Positions 12,855 to 26,615 are shown, counted from the first letter of the stretch. The stretch is DNA of 64,000 nucleotides from Moniliella sp. 'wahieum' (GCA_003971905.1 RSEE01000059.1:310001-374000), one strand, 5' to 3'. Notes: a model not told the origin generated them from the sequence alone. Numbers and translations: made by a program.

Positions 12855-15800
12855 CTGGCGTGCGCGGCTGCCTGCATGGGCCTGCGCCTCACGCCTGACG
12901 CGCGCACATCCGTCGAGAGCAATGCTAAGTAGGTCCAGTACTCAGTACTCAGTGGGGATGCCGCATTCCACACTGCCCCCCTGCCGCCGCCAGCTCAGCT
13001 CCAAGGCTGGTCCATTTCGCCGATCCTCTTCCGCCATCGCCCCCTCACTTGACTAGCTTGACTCCCACGTGTGGCGCCTCCGCGGGAAACCAACGGCCGA
13101 GGGGAAAAGCAGGTGTCTTGGCTGTCCTAACTGGCACGCCCCATCGCCCATCGACCATCGTACTAGTGACTGCTCCAGGCTTCCAAGGTCTCCCAGTCTG
13201 GTCGGTCTGGTCGGTCTGGTTGGCCCGGCCGCCGACTGGCAGGTTGCCTGTCGGCCACTGTGACATAGTCATGTGACATGCAACGCCACCTGCGCCACAC
13301 CTGCCACACCCGAGAGCGCAGATCAACAGCCCACTGGGCCAGTCCCTGGCCTGGCCTACTCCTCAGTCTTAGTCATCTCCACAGATTGCCCCGATGACGA
13401 CGACTAGCTGACAGTCATCGATGCCACCTGTGCCTTCGATGCATCACATGTCGCAGTGACACGCGTGTGATGACTCTTTGATTGCATTTTCAACTTTCAT
13501 GCACCCCCACTTCCCCACCGCCCCAACCCCCATGCAAGTGACAACAAGCGCGAGACATGAAACGTTTATGTTGACAGCCATCTAACCATCTCGGCTGGCG
13601 AAAAGCCCTCCTGGACCAAAGCCACGGTATTATACCACACGACCTGCACACCATCCTCACACCCGATGCGTCGGTAGGCCAATCGACGCCCATCGCATCT
13701 CTGGAAAAAAAGTGTCCATGCCCCGGGAGACGCCTCAGTCTTGCCGCCCGTGGCCTTGCCTGCCGAAGCCTCCGCGCGGCCAAGGAAACTACCACCGTTG
13801 CCGAAATTCTTTTCTTAGCCCGAGGCACGAGCTCACCTCTGCTGCAGCGGGGGCTGAACTGAGAAGGGCCCATGCTTTATGGCCTTGTGTGTGCGATCGA
13901 CGTGTCTTCCTCTTTTGAGCGCTTGTGCCCATTCGGGCTCACTTACCTCCACTCCACTGGGGTCCGGCTGTGCTGTGGGGAAAAAGAAAGATTCGTTTCC
14001 GGGTTACTGTTGACACACCAAGAGAGGACGAAACGACAGCGGTTAACGATCTGGGTGCGGTGGGAGAGAGTCGCACGGCAACCCTTACAACCTTACTATT
14101 GCGTGCGTTGCAGGGAAAAAATTCACTCGCACCCTTCCCGACGTGTGGTGAGCGCAGAGGAATCCAAAGGCGCTGAAACGGAGCTCGTCTTCCACAAAGC
14201 CGGCAGCGAGCCTCATCTTCCGATTGGAGCTCGAAGGGGGGGTGAGTACTGAGTCTGAGTACTGCGTATATCTATAGCTCCAGCACATTCCGATTCGGAA
14301 AGTAATGCAGGTGCATGTGGCCCACAGACAATTGGTGTGGCCGGAAGGCAGCAGCTCCTATAATAGAGATCAATTAACAATAACAGAGCGGTTTTCGAGG
14401 AAGAAGGTGACTTTAGAGAAGACGAGCGTGCTTCGTGGGCTGTTCCCATACGGTTCACGAGAGCCTGCCAAATAGGAGCGTAGTCTCGAGTCCCTCTGCC
14501 AGTGTCAAGAACGCTGCGCATGCCAGGCTCGCTCATCCACCGTGTGCTGTTTTTGCTCGTTGTTGACCACCAGTGGTCTAGAGCCCATCGGCCTTCAGTG
14601 ACACGTGGCCCGATGCACACAGTGCACCGGGGCAGTGAGTTCCGGCCCTTCCACGAGTTTCCACTGGCCTCCAGGCCAGGAGCCTATCAGGGCCCATAGC
14701 TCTAGCTCTCCTTAGCTCTTGAATGCCATCTCCATCCATCATCGCCAGCATCGCTAGCTAGGCCTGTGACACTCGTGTCACGCAATTCTGGATCCTTTGG
14801 GTCCCTCCATTCGCTTCCCACTCGCATGGAGCGCGCGTGGATACGAAAGATGAATGAACCGTAGCAGTCAGGTGAGCGATGGAAGTAGCAGAGGCACATG
14901 GACTAGCGTTCACGTTGAAAGCGGAAACCCCAGTGGGACCTAGCCAGCCTAGTGGGACTTGCCGCAGTTGTGACACTGCCCAACTGTCACCTGTGGAAAC
15001 AGAATAAAGGGCATCACTCATCAAATTTCAAACATCATGCATCATACATCATCCACCAGACATCACTATATCACTGGTCACCGGTCACCTTGTCTGTCGA
15101 GTTGTGCATATGGGGTTACCGGGGTTACCGGGTTGCCGGTTCCTGGTTTGGGGTTATCGTTTGCAGGCCCCCTTTCGTTGACCTCCATCACCCAGTCGTC
15201 CCCCCATCCCTAGTCCCCTCTGCATTCCACCCGACAGCCGCCGCCGCTGGCCAGTTTCCATGGCCCACCGCTTCTAGCATCCTATCGCAAACAGCGTCAA
15301 CCCCCGTGAGACCATCCACAAACCCGTGCGCGGTTCCAGCACGTACAGCAAGCTCTGCCCGTCACCAGTTCGTGGGTTCGTCCCAACAGCCACCCATGAC
15401 CTCGATCAATCTTCCGTCCGGTCTTTCTTGTTGTGCGCCCCAGTTGGTCACGCTGGCAGCGAGCCCAGTACGTCGTCTCATTTCTTTCTACCCCCGCCCC
15501 CGCTCTCTTCACGCCTCCCCCCCCCCCCTGCCTGGCTGACACTTCGTTCTTGATTCGCCACTTCTCTTACAGCCACGCCCGATCTGTGCCGGGAACATTT
15601 GAACCCCTGAACGAGACGAGGCCCTACGCCTGTTAGCCCTGTCCTGCCGCCCCTACATCGGACGTCTTTTGTCCATTCCCCTGCCCGTGCCCTGCTTTCC
15701 TCCGACCCGCACCTGAGAAGCACGCCTTGCCCAATATTGCGATGGGTATGTCCATCATCTCAGTTATGGATTGATCTACTAACGAACCTTCGCTTGGTTC

Positions 15801-16469
15801 AACCGGGCTGTCTTGGGCTTGTCCTCCAGTCGGCGTCGAACACTTGCGGGTGTGGCCACGGGTTGAGCAGCTTGGGCGAGGGGCCAGCCAGCGGGTGGCG
15901 CCTTCCAAGCAACTACCTCCTATGGATGGTGGTGGCGGATGGCGATACGGGCCTGCATGCCTACCGTCGGCCAAGTGCTGTATGCTTTACTGGCGTGTAC
16001 GCGTTATTGGCGTTCGTGGACTGGTAGGGAGGGCTGTGGCTTGCTGTGGCCCTGGCCTGGCCGCGCTTCAAGTGGGGCGCAGACCAACGCAAATCCCGCT
16101 GGCGGGGGGAACTGCTGAGGTAAGCTGGCGCGAGCAAGCAAGCGCCGCTGCGCCTGGGATGGGGCGGCGGCGGGCCACACGGGCGCGGTGCGGGCAGTGC
16201 GCAGGCGCGGGGATGGGGTCATGTGCGCACTGGGCGGGCGGGCGCGCGGTGACGCATCGAACGCGGCCTCGTTTTCTTCTTTGCGGAAGGGGGGGAGGGG
16301 CATCGCCGCTGCGACGGCGGTTGCTGCTTGGCGAGCATCCACCCCATCCCGCCCGCGCGCCCCTCGCCCCGCCCCCCCCCCGCCCCATCTGCGCCGCCCC
16401 AGCGCCGCCCCGCCCAGCTGCTTGCGCCAGCGAGTCCCACGTGCGTCCGCTGGCCCATGCGCCCAGGCC

Positions 16470-19400
16470 ATGGCCATCCGCTCCCGCTTCAAGAAGCTCA
16501 CCAACAAGGAGAAGCGTACGTCCCCCCTCCTGCTCTGCTCTGCTTGCATGCGCTTGCCACCCACGCCGCCCACCCTTCTCAGCTCCGGCTCAGCATGCCA
16601 GCCCCGCCACTGCCCCCGTGCCTGCGCAGGCCACGCCAGCCGTTATCACCCATCGCATGCATCATCCATCCCACCACCGCCAACCCTACCTGGCCTCGCC
16701 CGTCTCGGAGCCCGCGCGCGCCGGCCGAGACGCCGCGCCCTGTCGGCGCCCTGGCCGCGCGGCGTGGGGCTGTGGCAAGCGGCCGCTGGGTGGCGCGGGT
16801 GCGCAGACGCACGGCCTGGCCACAGGCCCGCCAGCACGGCTGACTGTCCTACTAACAACCACTTGCCTGTTGACAGTCCTTGTCCACCGCGGCGCCCTCG
16901 ATGCCGGCGCCAACGACGCGATCATCAATGGTCTTGGGACCGAGGAGGAGACGCCCAAGCAGGACACCCACGAGCATGTCGTTGACCGGGACCTGGGAGT
17001 AGACCGGGCCGAAATCCAAGTATGTGTGTTCGGCCGCTGCGGTACCTCGTGAGACTGACTCTCTTTTCTGTTTGGGTGCGGCAGGAACACCACCTGCAAG
17101 CTGCGCTGTCCTCAACCCAGGCGGGCAAGCCCAAAGCGTACCACATCCCCACCCCCGAAACCAAAAATGTCCTGTCAGACCACCAGATGGGCAAGCTCTA
17201 CCCCAAGGGCGCGTTCCACGACCCACATGGCTACATCAAGTCGAGTGCAACGGTGGAGGAGACAATCGCTGGCCCTGCCTACTGTCTCGACGAGGACGAC
17301 AATGACTGGCTTACCAAGTACAATTCCCAAGCTGGTCAACAGGGCAAACCTTCCATCTGCCCCGACACGTTTGAGATGATCATGACAGTCTTTGAGCAGT
17401 ATGTGGCGGAGAAACAGCCCTTTATCCACCTCGATCCCACCCAGCTTCCCGCACTCGAAGACCTACTGTCTTACTTTAACCCCGACGCCCCTCCCTCCTG
17501 CTTAGCCGATCCGGTACTTCCCCCCTTGTTGGGTGAGAAACCTGCGCCGTCCACATGGGACGCAAGAAACCCTTACCGTCACCTCTCCCTCCTCAAGCCC
17601 GCTGCTGCCGAAGTGTATCCTTGGTGGCGGCTACGCAGGGAGGATCGGGCGGGCAAGCCCGTCTGTCCCCAACTCAACTTTGACGAGACGAACGACACGG
17701 ATCCGTATGTTTGCTTCCGCCGGCGAGAGATCAAGTTGGTGCGCAAGACGCGCAAATCGGATGCGCTCCAAATTGAGCGTCTTGCCCGGTTGTCCAACGA
17801 GCTCGCCATGGCGTCCCACTTGACCGAGATGGTGGCACAGCGGGAACAGCTGAAACTGGCTTTGGCCGAGGAAGGCGTGTCCCGCTGGGCCGCTGCCTCG
17901 TCCTTGTTGGGTTCCAAACGGCAATGGCACATTGCTGGTCCTCAAAAAGGGGTGGAGGACGACGAGCTACTCTTTGGGGTACGGGAAGAGACGCGCAAGA
18001 AGCGCAAGATCGAGGAGGGAGCACCGAGCTTGGGCATTCGTCTGCGCCGACCCAAACCCCCAGAAGAACGGGCGCCACCACCTGGTTTCAGCCAGGCCAT
18101 CATCACGCGTGTCGAGGCAGTGCAGGCATTCATCGAGCGGGAATGCAGCAGGAAACGGGCACGCGATCACTTGTTTGAGGACGTGACCGACTCGGGACTC
18201 TACCCCCCTCCGCTCCCGCTCTCTGCACGCTCGTTCCGCCAAGTCCAGGGCCCCAGAAATGGACGTCCGCCTAGCTTCCGCTGCCGCGTGGGCCGCGGTG
18301 GGAGGTGCTGCTCGACCGTCAGCTTCCTACGCCTACACCTGTTCCCTCCAGCTTAGATGACTGGCCCAGCGTCCACAGCCTGTCCGAAGTGGGGCAGGTA
18401 GAGGCGGCCTTGACCCAGGGAAGCCAAGAGGCCCTACGCTTACAGGTCCGTTCGCATTTGCTCAGGATGTCGTACCAGTTCAGCTCAGCTGCGGGCCGGA
18501 TCTGCCGTTCTCCCTGGAAAACGAACCACCAGGACGGGCACGGGCGTCCCGAGCCTCCACCTCTTCCATCTCGTCCCTCGCCTCCTGTGGCTCTACGGAG
18601 ACAACGACCACCTTGCCAACTGAAGCGGAGGACGAGGCCATGCCCCTTCTTGAGTCCTCTCCTTCCAAAGAAAAGGAAAAAATGGAGGAAGAGGAAGAAG
18701 AAACAGACGAGGAGACCGTGTTCGCTTCCGCGCTGGCTTACACACGTCAGTTGGAGCGGTGGCGATACGATGAGGACGATGGCCGCTGGGCCGGATTGGG
18801 ATTGGCGTTTGCTGGTGGGATGGAAGGGGATGAAGATTGTGTGGTGGATGACTTTGACCGCCGCTTCATCCAATACCGTGCTCGGTTGCTTGATGGCGAA
18901 GATATCAAAAAACTGCAGACCGACACGTCCACTTGGGTGCCGCCATGGCCCCACGGCTCCGGCCCCACCCCCTGCTGGCGTTGCGGCGAAAGCCCTCTGT
19001 CCTCTGCCGCAGAGAAAACACGCAAGAGCGACGCTGTGCTGCCCGACATCAACAAGAGCAAAACCCCTAGTGTTCCTCCCCGCCGGCTCCCAGCAACCCC
19101 TCCCACCGCCGGCGTCTCAGCCGCATCCCCCGCACACCCTCGTCCAAGCCCAAACCCAACCCCAAAAAACGCGACTCGCCCCAAGTGAGCACCCAGCTGC
19201 GCCGCCGTTCGGCAAGCCGCCGCGCCGCCAGGGCCGAGCATGCAGCGTACGCCCAGTGGCGTTGGCCAAAACTTGTATGCCAACTTGGGCTTTAACCTGG
19301 TTCCCTCGCGCTCTCCCGTTGCCGGCTCGGCTTCGGCGCAGCCGATGCTCCACCCGCAACGTGTGGGCATGCAGGCCCAGCTTCCGACTGGGGTCAACGG

Positions 19401-20191
19401 TGTCAATCCCGGCTCCCTGTCCCTGCTGCTGGTTCGAATGGCGTGCCGAACGGGTGGCCACTGGTCTGCCTACTGTCCCAATGGCGGGACCAACGCAGCA
19501 GCCACTGCGCAACTGCGCAACGCACAGGTCCAAGCGCTGCTTGCCAACCCGCAATTGGCCGCCAGCCTAGGTCGAGATCCAGCGATGCAAGCCAAGTTGT
19601 TGGCCTTGGCCAATCGGCCTCCCACACCGTCCGGCAGCAGTGGCAGTTCCTCCCCTTCGCCGGCCCCTGCCGCATCGGGGGGCAAGGCCACGCCCAACAC
19701 TCCCCCGCAGCAGTACAGAGCAACGGTACCAGTGTCCCGATGAACCCGACGCTGCTGATGCAGATGCAAATGCAGATGCTCAAGGCGTCGCCTCAACCGT
19801 CTGCCGCGCAGGCTCAAGGCCAAGGCCCAGGCCCAGGCCCAGGCCAAGGCAAGGCCAAGGCACGCCCACGCCCACCCCACCCTTCCTCAACCTCAACCTG
19901 CCCAACGCGAACGTACCGACGATGGGCAACTTGGGTGCCTTGCCCAACCTGCCCAACCTGCCCAACTTGCCCACTTGCCCACCTTGTCCACCTTGGGAAC
20001 GAACAGTGTGGGCAGCTTCCCGCTGTCCAACCCTCGTTGGCGGGCTCGCTGCCCCGGCAAAACATGCAACAGGCTCTGCTCATGCTCCAACGCCCGGTAA
20101 CGCGCCCCAGTCCCAGTGGCACCAACTGCAAATGCAGCAGCTTGCAGCTCCAGCTGGCGCAACAAGGCAACCTGGCTCGTTTGGGAGCTGA
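16470..20191 (+). CDS. EPL1: Enhancer of polycomb-like protein 1 (NuA4 histone acetyltransferase subunit)
   Basis: Exon 1 MAIRSRFKKLTNKEK. Intron 16516..16876 (GTACGT, CTAAC branch, TGACAG) and intron 17020..17084. EPcA motifs GVDRAEIQEHHLQAAL, HIPTP, YCLDEDDNDWL, DPYVCFRRRE.K.VRKTR and FRCRVGRGGR..LDR. Q/P/N-rich low-complexity C-terminus. Confidence 0.92.
19805..19985 (+). repeat. Coding microrepeats (GGCCCA)n and (TGCCCAACC)n in the EPL1 tail
   Basis: ggcccaggcccaggccca at ~19824-19845, and LPNLPNLPNLP at ~19940-19975. Confidence 0.75.
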
Positions 20192-21553
20192 GCCAGCGCG
20201 AAGCGCTGACCACCGGCACCCGGTACCCACAGCTGGTACCCCCACACACCTCACCGCTACCTAACCTCTTTTTTTCCCGCTTCATCATGGACGGAGGCCT
20301 CACCACTATCCGATGTACAGATCTATTTACTCGTGTGCCTGAGCATGCCGCTCTCCCGGTGCGAGATTTACAAATGGCGGGGGAGCAAGGTAGATAGTTT
20401 GGTAGAAGGGACGCGGAAAGACGTTCTGAACATGTCAATTTTGCGCGTTTTTGCTACACAAATTGGTTGGGTCCAGTACCCTTTTCGGCTGCCAAGCATG
20501 CGTAGACCAATTTCATCCTGTCGAGTGGGTCTACTGAATGGGCAACAGTAGTGTGACACTCCACTTGTGCGCTAAGGGAAAGAGGCGCCACACTGCACAT
20601 ATTCACACAGTTGTTATTGATCAACTAATAAAAATCTATCACAAGAATTGAGAGAGCCCACAATTTCCAGGGAGGCATCAGAATTTGGCCGTCTCACCTC
20701 CACGCCTCACGCCCCCCCGCAGCTCAGACGAGCACGCCGGCAACGGGACGGGGTGGCCAGGTCCTCAGAAGGCGGCATCGACCCCCCAAAAACGATCCGA
20801 TCTGAGGAGGAAGGGCCTTGGCTCCTCCTGCTTGAGGGCGAGACGTATAATACAAGAACCGAAGGATTCTCATTGCCCTGTAGTTTGTGGCTCCCAAATA
20901 GAGCTGGCCAGACAGGAAGATACCTGCATGCACAGATTCTGCTGAGAATGGTCTTGGGGGTAAGCTGGGACTCCAAGCGCACCGCTTATACATTGTGCGT
21001 CCCGTCTTGGTCCTCACATATCTATCCGGAACCTTGTTACCGGCATTTTCGATTAGCTATGAACTAGGTAGTCGCTCGACTGGACCAGCCGCCGCGCTTG
21101 CGGGCTTACGTCAGTGCCCCGCCGGTGCCATGTCCAGTGGCCAGTTTGCCCCGCCCTGCGCCGCCTATGCGGCTGACAATGACAAGTACAACTAAGGGAC
21201 ACCAGCACAACCACCCGCCCGGAGAAGCGTCCGCGTTTTGGGCGACCACTCAGTCTATTACCCGCATCCTTACATCCGCCGCTTAAGGGGACCGAACCAT
21301 GGGCAAAACAACGATTTCTAGGCAGACGTGAGCCTCGCCGCGCCGCTATCGGGAGCAACGCACAGTGGCAGCACCACGCAAGCAAAAAAGAGGGTGTGGG
21401 AGAGAAAAAAAGAGAAGGACGATGGGTAAACAAACAGGGCAAAACACAGAAAAAACTATTTGGGGTCCAGATGCGATATTTTGGTGATAATGCCCTGAGT
21501 ATCGTGAGCGCCCTGAGCACCTAGAGCTCAGCAATCCCCGGTAACTGGATTAT

Positions 21554-22653
21554 CTAGTTGGGTGCTTCGTAGAACTTGGGCAGGAACTTGACCTGATCCT
21601 TGCAGGTCGAGGGATGGTCGAGTCGGTCGAAACGTAGTGGCCGCCAAGCAACGACCGTAGACGTAAGTTGTAGTACCAGAACTCGGTCAGCTCCTCCTTG
21701 GCATCGTCGTCGCAGCCAATGAAGGCACGGCAGTTGCTTGCTTAAGCGCTGCCTGCACATCCGAGAGAGTAGGTCGTGGTGTTCGAGGGACAATGCCAGC
21801 AGCGGCAAGCCAAAGGTAGGTGGGGTGGCTCTGGAACTGTTTTACAATTTCTTGGAAGTAGGCCAGCACGCATAGTCAGCGGCCGTAATGTGCTTGCCGT
21901 TCACATAGTCCTTGCGGATCTTGAGGGAGGCATGCAAGAGGAGCGCATGGCGCTAAAGCAGGTACGTGCGTGTTAACTCATGCTCGGGCAGGCCGGGGCT
22001 GTAGTATTGGTCCATGATGAGAGCAAGACCAGGGTCGTACGTGGATACAATATCAGGATCTTCTCCTCCGTGTACTCGGGGATTCCAGTAGTTTTGGAGC
22101 ACGGACTGAAAGAAAAACAAAAAAGGGTCAGACCAATGGTTGATATCCCGGCGGTGTGGGGCGCAGGATGTAATGGTACTCACAGCAGGGTACATCGAGT
22201 TGCAGTAGTCTGAACGAGGAAAGGGGATCGATGCAACGCACGCACATGGCCCCTGGAGTTAGTATACATATGCATGAAATACACATAATTAGGAGGGGCT
22301 CATACCGGGCCAAAGACCGTGGATCGTGGTCGAGTCCAACGAGGCGGTAGTGTTGACCGCCCCCGAGTCCCAGAACTGAGTGACGAGCAGCAAGCCGGAC
22401 TGCAACCCAGGGTCGGTGTCATTCCGGGGGTCGGCCCAGGTGTTGGTGCAGCACGCCTCGGGTGTGTTGGCCTTTACCCAAGTGACGTTGGAGCAGGAGC
22501 GGATGGTGAGGGCCTTGCTGCAGGCTTTGAGGTCATGATGGTCCCAGCCGGCGGGGGTAGTACCAGGCAGCATGGGCATCGCTGCGCCCTGGGCACCGGT
22601 CACGGCCACGGCGGCGGCCACGGCAGCAGCACAGTAAGAGATCGTTGTAGCAT
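21554..22653 (-). CDS. Secreted ribonuclease T2 family protein (multi-exon)
   Basis: Hydrophobic signal peptide, CCTN...GLLLVTQFWD and CAS I TTIHGLWP. A frameshifted CAS II-like segment follows (EHE..T/C). C-terminal TYLWLAAAGIVP and VKFLPK. Confidence 0.9.
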
Positions 22654-22741
22654 GGAGAAGTGTGAGGATGCAGAAGGACGTTGCTGGAGAACGAGAGCGA
22701 AAGGGGTGGGGATGTGCAGACAGGACATACTTGTGGCCGAC

Positions 22742-22747
22742 TTTATA
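22742..22747 (-). promoter_or_regulatory. TATA box (TATAAA) of the RNase T2 gene
   Basis: TTTATA on the + strand, about 90 bp upstream of the ATG. Confidence 0.5.
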
Positions 22748-24408
22748 GATAGAGCAGATTGAGTAGCCATGTGGAAGTCATTGGACCCACAACGTGGTCG
22801 GGGGGAACACAGCCGCCGTGCTTCGCGGTGCGCAATGGCATGGGCGAGATAGAACGTTTGAACGTTTCATACCTCGGTAACCATAGGTAACTGGTACTGG
22901 GAAGGCCTCAGGCGGTGAGGACGCTTTGCTAGACGACGCGTGATCTGTTTTTGTCGTCCATCCTCGTTCCTAGCATGTTCACGTGGGCCTGAGGCCGAAA
23001 AATGGAGGCTCAAGCCGGGGCGGCTAGAAGAAAACACCTAACACACACATGCTCACACCAAGCTGAATCAACTCTTCTCTTGGTGTATTCAATGAAATTG
23101 AAATAGGCGAGAAGCAGGAGGGAACGTGCCACATACATTGATCAACACCTTGTAGTACGGTTGTATTCTGCTGTCGCAGTTATAATTTGTGACCTCACTA
23201 TATAACTGCGTCGTCGCAGCAGATAGACTCCGCCGCGTGCCCTTTTGATGGGGGCTCGCATGTGATGCATCATGTGTAAACCACATGCTCCTGGAACCAT
23301 AAACTATTGAGCATAGTATTGAGTCTCCTGTTGAGAGTTATTCAGAGAAGCCGAAAGATCCATCGAGAGTTCATCGCAGGGGTTCTTGAGCGGAGAGCAT
23401 ATACACCCCCTTTCGAAAGAGACACATCATATATTTTCAATGAAAGAGAGATGGACGAACATATGATCATGCATATTGCAGTCCTTTCGTTTTATACTAG
23501 TAAGTTCTTTTCCTCGCAAGTGCAAAGAGGCTGATATCATGCAGCTGGAGCAACATGTCTAATAGCCCTGCACGCCCGCGTATACCCAATCCTAAGGGGA
23601 GGGGAGGGCAGTATATGCGTTGTAGCTCTTCGGGAACAGATCTACTCAAGCCTGTGCAGTCCATTCGGGGAAAAGCCACATTCTCAATGGATCAGGCGGC
23701 TGTGAAGAAATTAAAAGGAAAACGCAGCGGAGGAGAGACACTACCATGTTGAACGCCGTGTTGGGAGAAAAGGAGTTACATCATCGGCTGCTCGAGAGAG
23801 CACAGGCGGATTGAGATCAGAACACCAACAGGACCGGGAAAGCACTTAAGGGCACCTATTCCCCTTGCCGAGACAAACGGGTTAATATTAGTCTCGTTTT
23901 TGGATATGGTGTGCCGATCGCATGCCCCCACTCTCAGATCTCATCCTTCTGCAGTGACTGTGAATTCGCTGCCGAGGGGTGAGACAGAGGGTCCTGACCT
24001 GCTGACGGAACGCTTGGTCTCCGAATTGGAGAGGTGCGAAAGGACAATAGCTGCCGGAAGAGCGAACGTGTGGTGGGGGGCGACACCCGTTTCCATAATT
24101 GCGACCTTTTGCCCAAGCTCTTTGCAAATGCCATATGAGTTCAGAAGACGGAAACGATTGGTCGATCAAGGAATGAGGGCAAATGTCGGGTGCTGAGAGC
24201 CGGAGAGGATACCCTGTGCGTGTAATCTCTTTTTGTGATCAGAGAGAGAGAGAGTGACCGACGACGGACGACACGAGGAAGAGGCACCGCTGAAAGTTTC
24301 ATCCGCTTAAAGGACTTTTTCCTGGTGTGTGCGTTGCCGTGCTTCGACAGCGTTCGTAGCCTAAGCAGCTCACCGGCATCGCCACCACCGCCCCCACTTT
24401 CCCGGGAA

Positions 24409-25987
24409 ATGCTGACCCCTCACGTCGCTGCCAAGCTGCACGAGCGTGACGCCTTTGTTCTCCTGCGAGGGCTTCCTGAAGGAGCAGAGGTGGGTATCGA
24501 TGGGGCAGCCTGGGCGGTGGACGCCGGCTTTGAAGGATTCAAGATGGTGCCTCAAGGCTGGCATCTCCTCACCTGGAACGCCACTCCGCCCTCCTCCTCC
24601 TCTACTCCTGCCGGAACAGCCGGGCTCGGTGGAGCTATCCTGCGAAGGTTTGAGCAACACCAATTTCTTCTTCGTACTTACGATCAAGCCTCGGAGCGCT
24701 TCGTTCATCCCGACGCCACTCCTACGCTCCCGGCTGACACGCCCCTTGCCGCCGACGAACTCGTCTCTCGCACCCCCATTGAACCAAAGCTTCCTCCTGA
24801 CATTGCATCTTTGGACCACCTCAAGTCGATCGACTCTCAGCTGGCTCCTTATCCTCTCCCCCGTTCCGAGGTATGGTACATGGCCACCTCGGCACTGCAC
24901 GCCCTCCCCGTCTTGGAGCAGGACCGCGTCGTCGCTTCTGTTCTGGGGGTTGACCCTCAAAGCGGGGATAGTTGGACAGATCCATTAGCCGAAGTTGATC
25001 TGGTCCCTTCCTCCTCCACTGCTACCGCACCCACTCGGAAACCCCCGATCCCAGACTTCCCTCCAAAAGGCTGAAGCCGAGTTAGAAGCTCACCTGGCTC
25101 AGGGCCGCGCACGAGGACTGGGGGACGAAGCGACGCGTCCCGCTGCCCCAAGTACCTCTACTTTTGCCAACGAGACAGTTCCTCTGGTCCGATTCCCTTT
25201 TTTGACGCGCGTGTCTCCTGGCCTCAAGGGGCCGTAGGGGCACTGCTGACGCGCTGGAGCCTGGACAAATCGTTTGCTCTGCTGCGTCTCGCACGCGACA
25301 CGTATCATTTTGTTCATCGCACTGCTGGGCCTGCATTGCCTCCGGAGGATTTGACTCTGGGTAAGAATTACGTTCTGGCCTTGTTTGACCTGAGTTTTTT
25401 CTCTTTGCATGCGCCCACAACAGCGCCCTGCTGGCCTACTGGTCCGACTTACTCACCTTCTTCTGTCGCTCGCCTGCCTTGCTCAATGCACCCGACCCCT
25501 TTGCCTTTCATCCGGCCGAAGCTACCTCCCCCGCCCATCAGGAGGAAACTTACGATGGCATCCCCCTCGTACCCGACTTGAGTGTGGTGGCCCGCTTTCT
25601 CCTAAGTCTCCGCGGGCAGCTGCAGCTTCTAGACCCCTCTGATCTCAGTCCTGAAGCCCTACCTCCCTCCCTGGCCTCCGCACCCACCTCCAAGACAACC
25701 TAGCCCACCTGCGCCGCAACATTGCCCGCGCTCTGGCTGGTACTAGCTCTGCCTCATCTGATCCGACTCGCTCGTGGCGCAGTGGCGCGCGCTCTCACTT
25801 GCTCCAACAGCGGTTCGATATGGACCTTGATGCTCAGCTGGACGAGGAAGTGGAAGCGGGCAAGGCGGAAAAGCGCTCGGCGGCATGGACAAGTAAGTTG
25901 CAAGCCCTCGGCCTTGACCCAGCTGAGCTGGACCACCTCGAGATTGAGGAGGACGAAGAAGGTCCGGTAATTATCTCCCAATGGTGA
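24409..25987 (+). CDS. AAR2: U5 snRNP assembly factor Aar2 (frameshifted)
   Basis: AFVLLRGLPEGAEVGIDG.AW.V...FEGFKMVPQGWHLL N-terminus, LKSIDSQLAPYP, and C-terminal LQQRFDMDL...EEDEEGPVII, typical of AAR2. Confidence 0.88.
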
Positions 25988-26591
25988 CACGGCATGGCCC
26001 CTGTCCCCCATCCTCTCTTTGGTCTACGAGTAGAGCAGGGCAGCTCCTCTTTGTTGGAACCATGAGGGATGCACTGCTTGGGCCCCATCTTGGGCCACCC
26101 CGCGGATCAACCCCTGCTTCGCACCCCAACACCTCCACCCTCCCCACCCTCATCCCTTTTCCGCCTCGCCCCGATCGTCGGGCACCCACACACTACATCC
26201 CCTGCATCCCATACGCGGTCCGTGCACCGTGGTCACGTCCCGCCAAACAGTCGCCCATGGACCCGACACGCCTCCACGCGAACTTTGGGGCCAACTACTT
26301 CCTCTACTGTTGCAGTGCCTGTGACCGTCGTGGAATGCCACTGGCGTTGCGATCGGCCCGGTCTGCTTTAGCCTTCGGTCTTCCGTCACCTGCCTTCCCC
26401 CCTTGCTTGCCTCAACCCGGCCGGGAAAGAAGGTACACGGCTGGCGAAGGAGATACAGGAGCGCGTGGTTACATGGTTCGGGACGACAAGCTGCGTTGGA
26501 GTGGCGATCGACAATGGGGGCAAACAAGAAAAGGCAAGTCAAAATCCACCTGCGAGGCAGATGGAGGGATCTGAGATCTTGGTGATCTGAT

Positions 26592-26615
26592 CTGAGGCCC
26601 TGAGGCCCTGAGGGC
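26592..26615. repeat. Tandem (CTGAGGCC)x3, intergenic
   Basis: ctgaggccctgaggccctgagggc read directly. Confidence 0.7.

Noticed and set aside
23800..24200. Possible structured ncRNA (CGAGAC..GTCTCG hairpin, Sm-like TTTTTGG) upstream of AAR2
   Set aside because: No U1/U2/U4/U5/U6, RNase P/MRP or C/D-box hallmark found by eye. An Rfam search would be needed.
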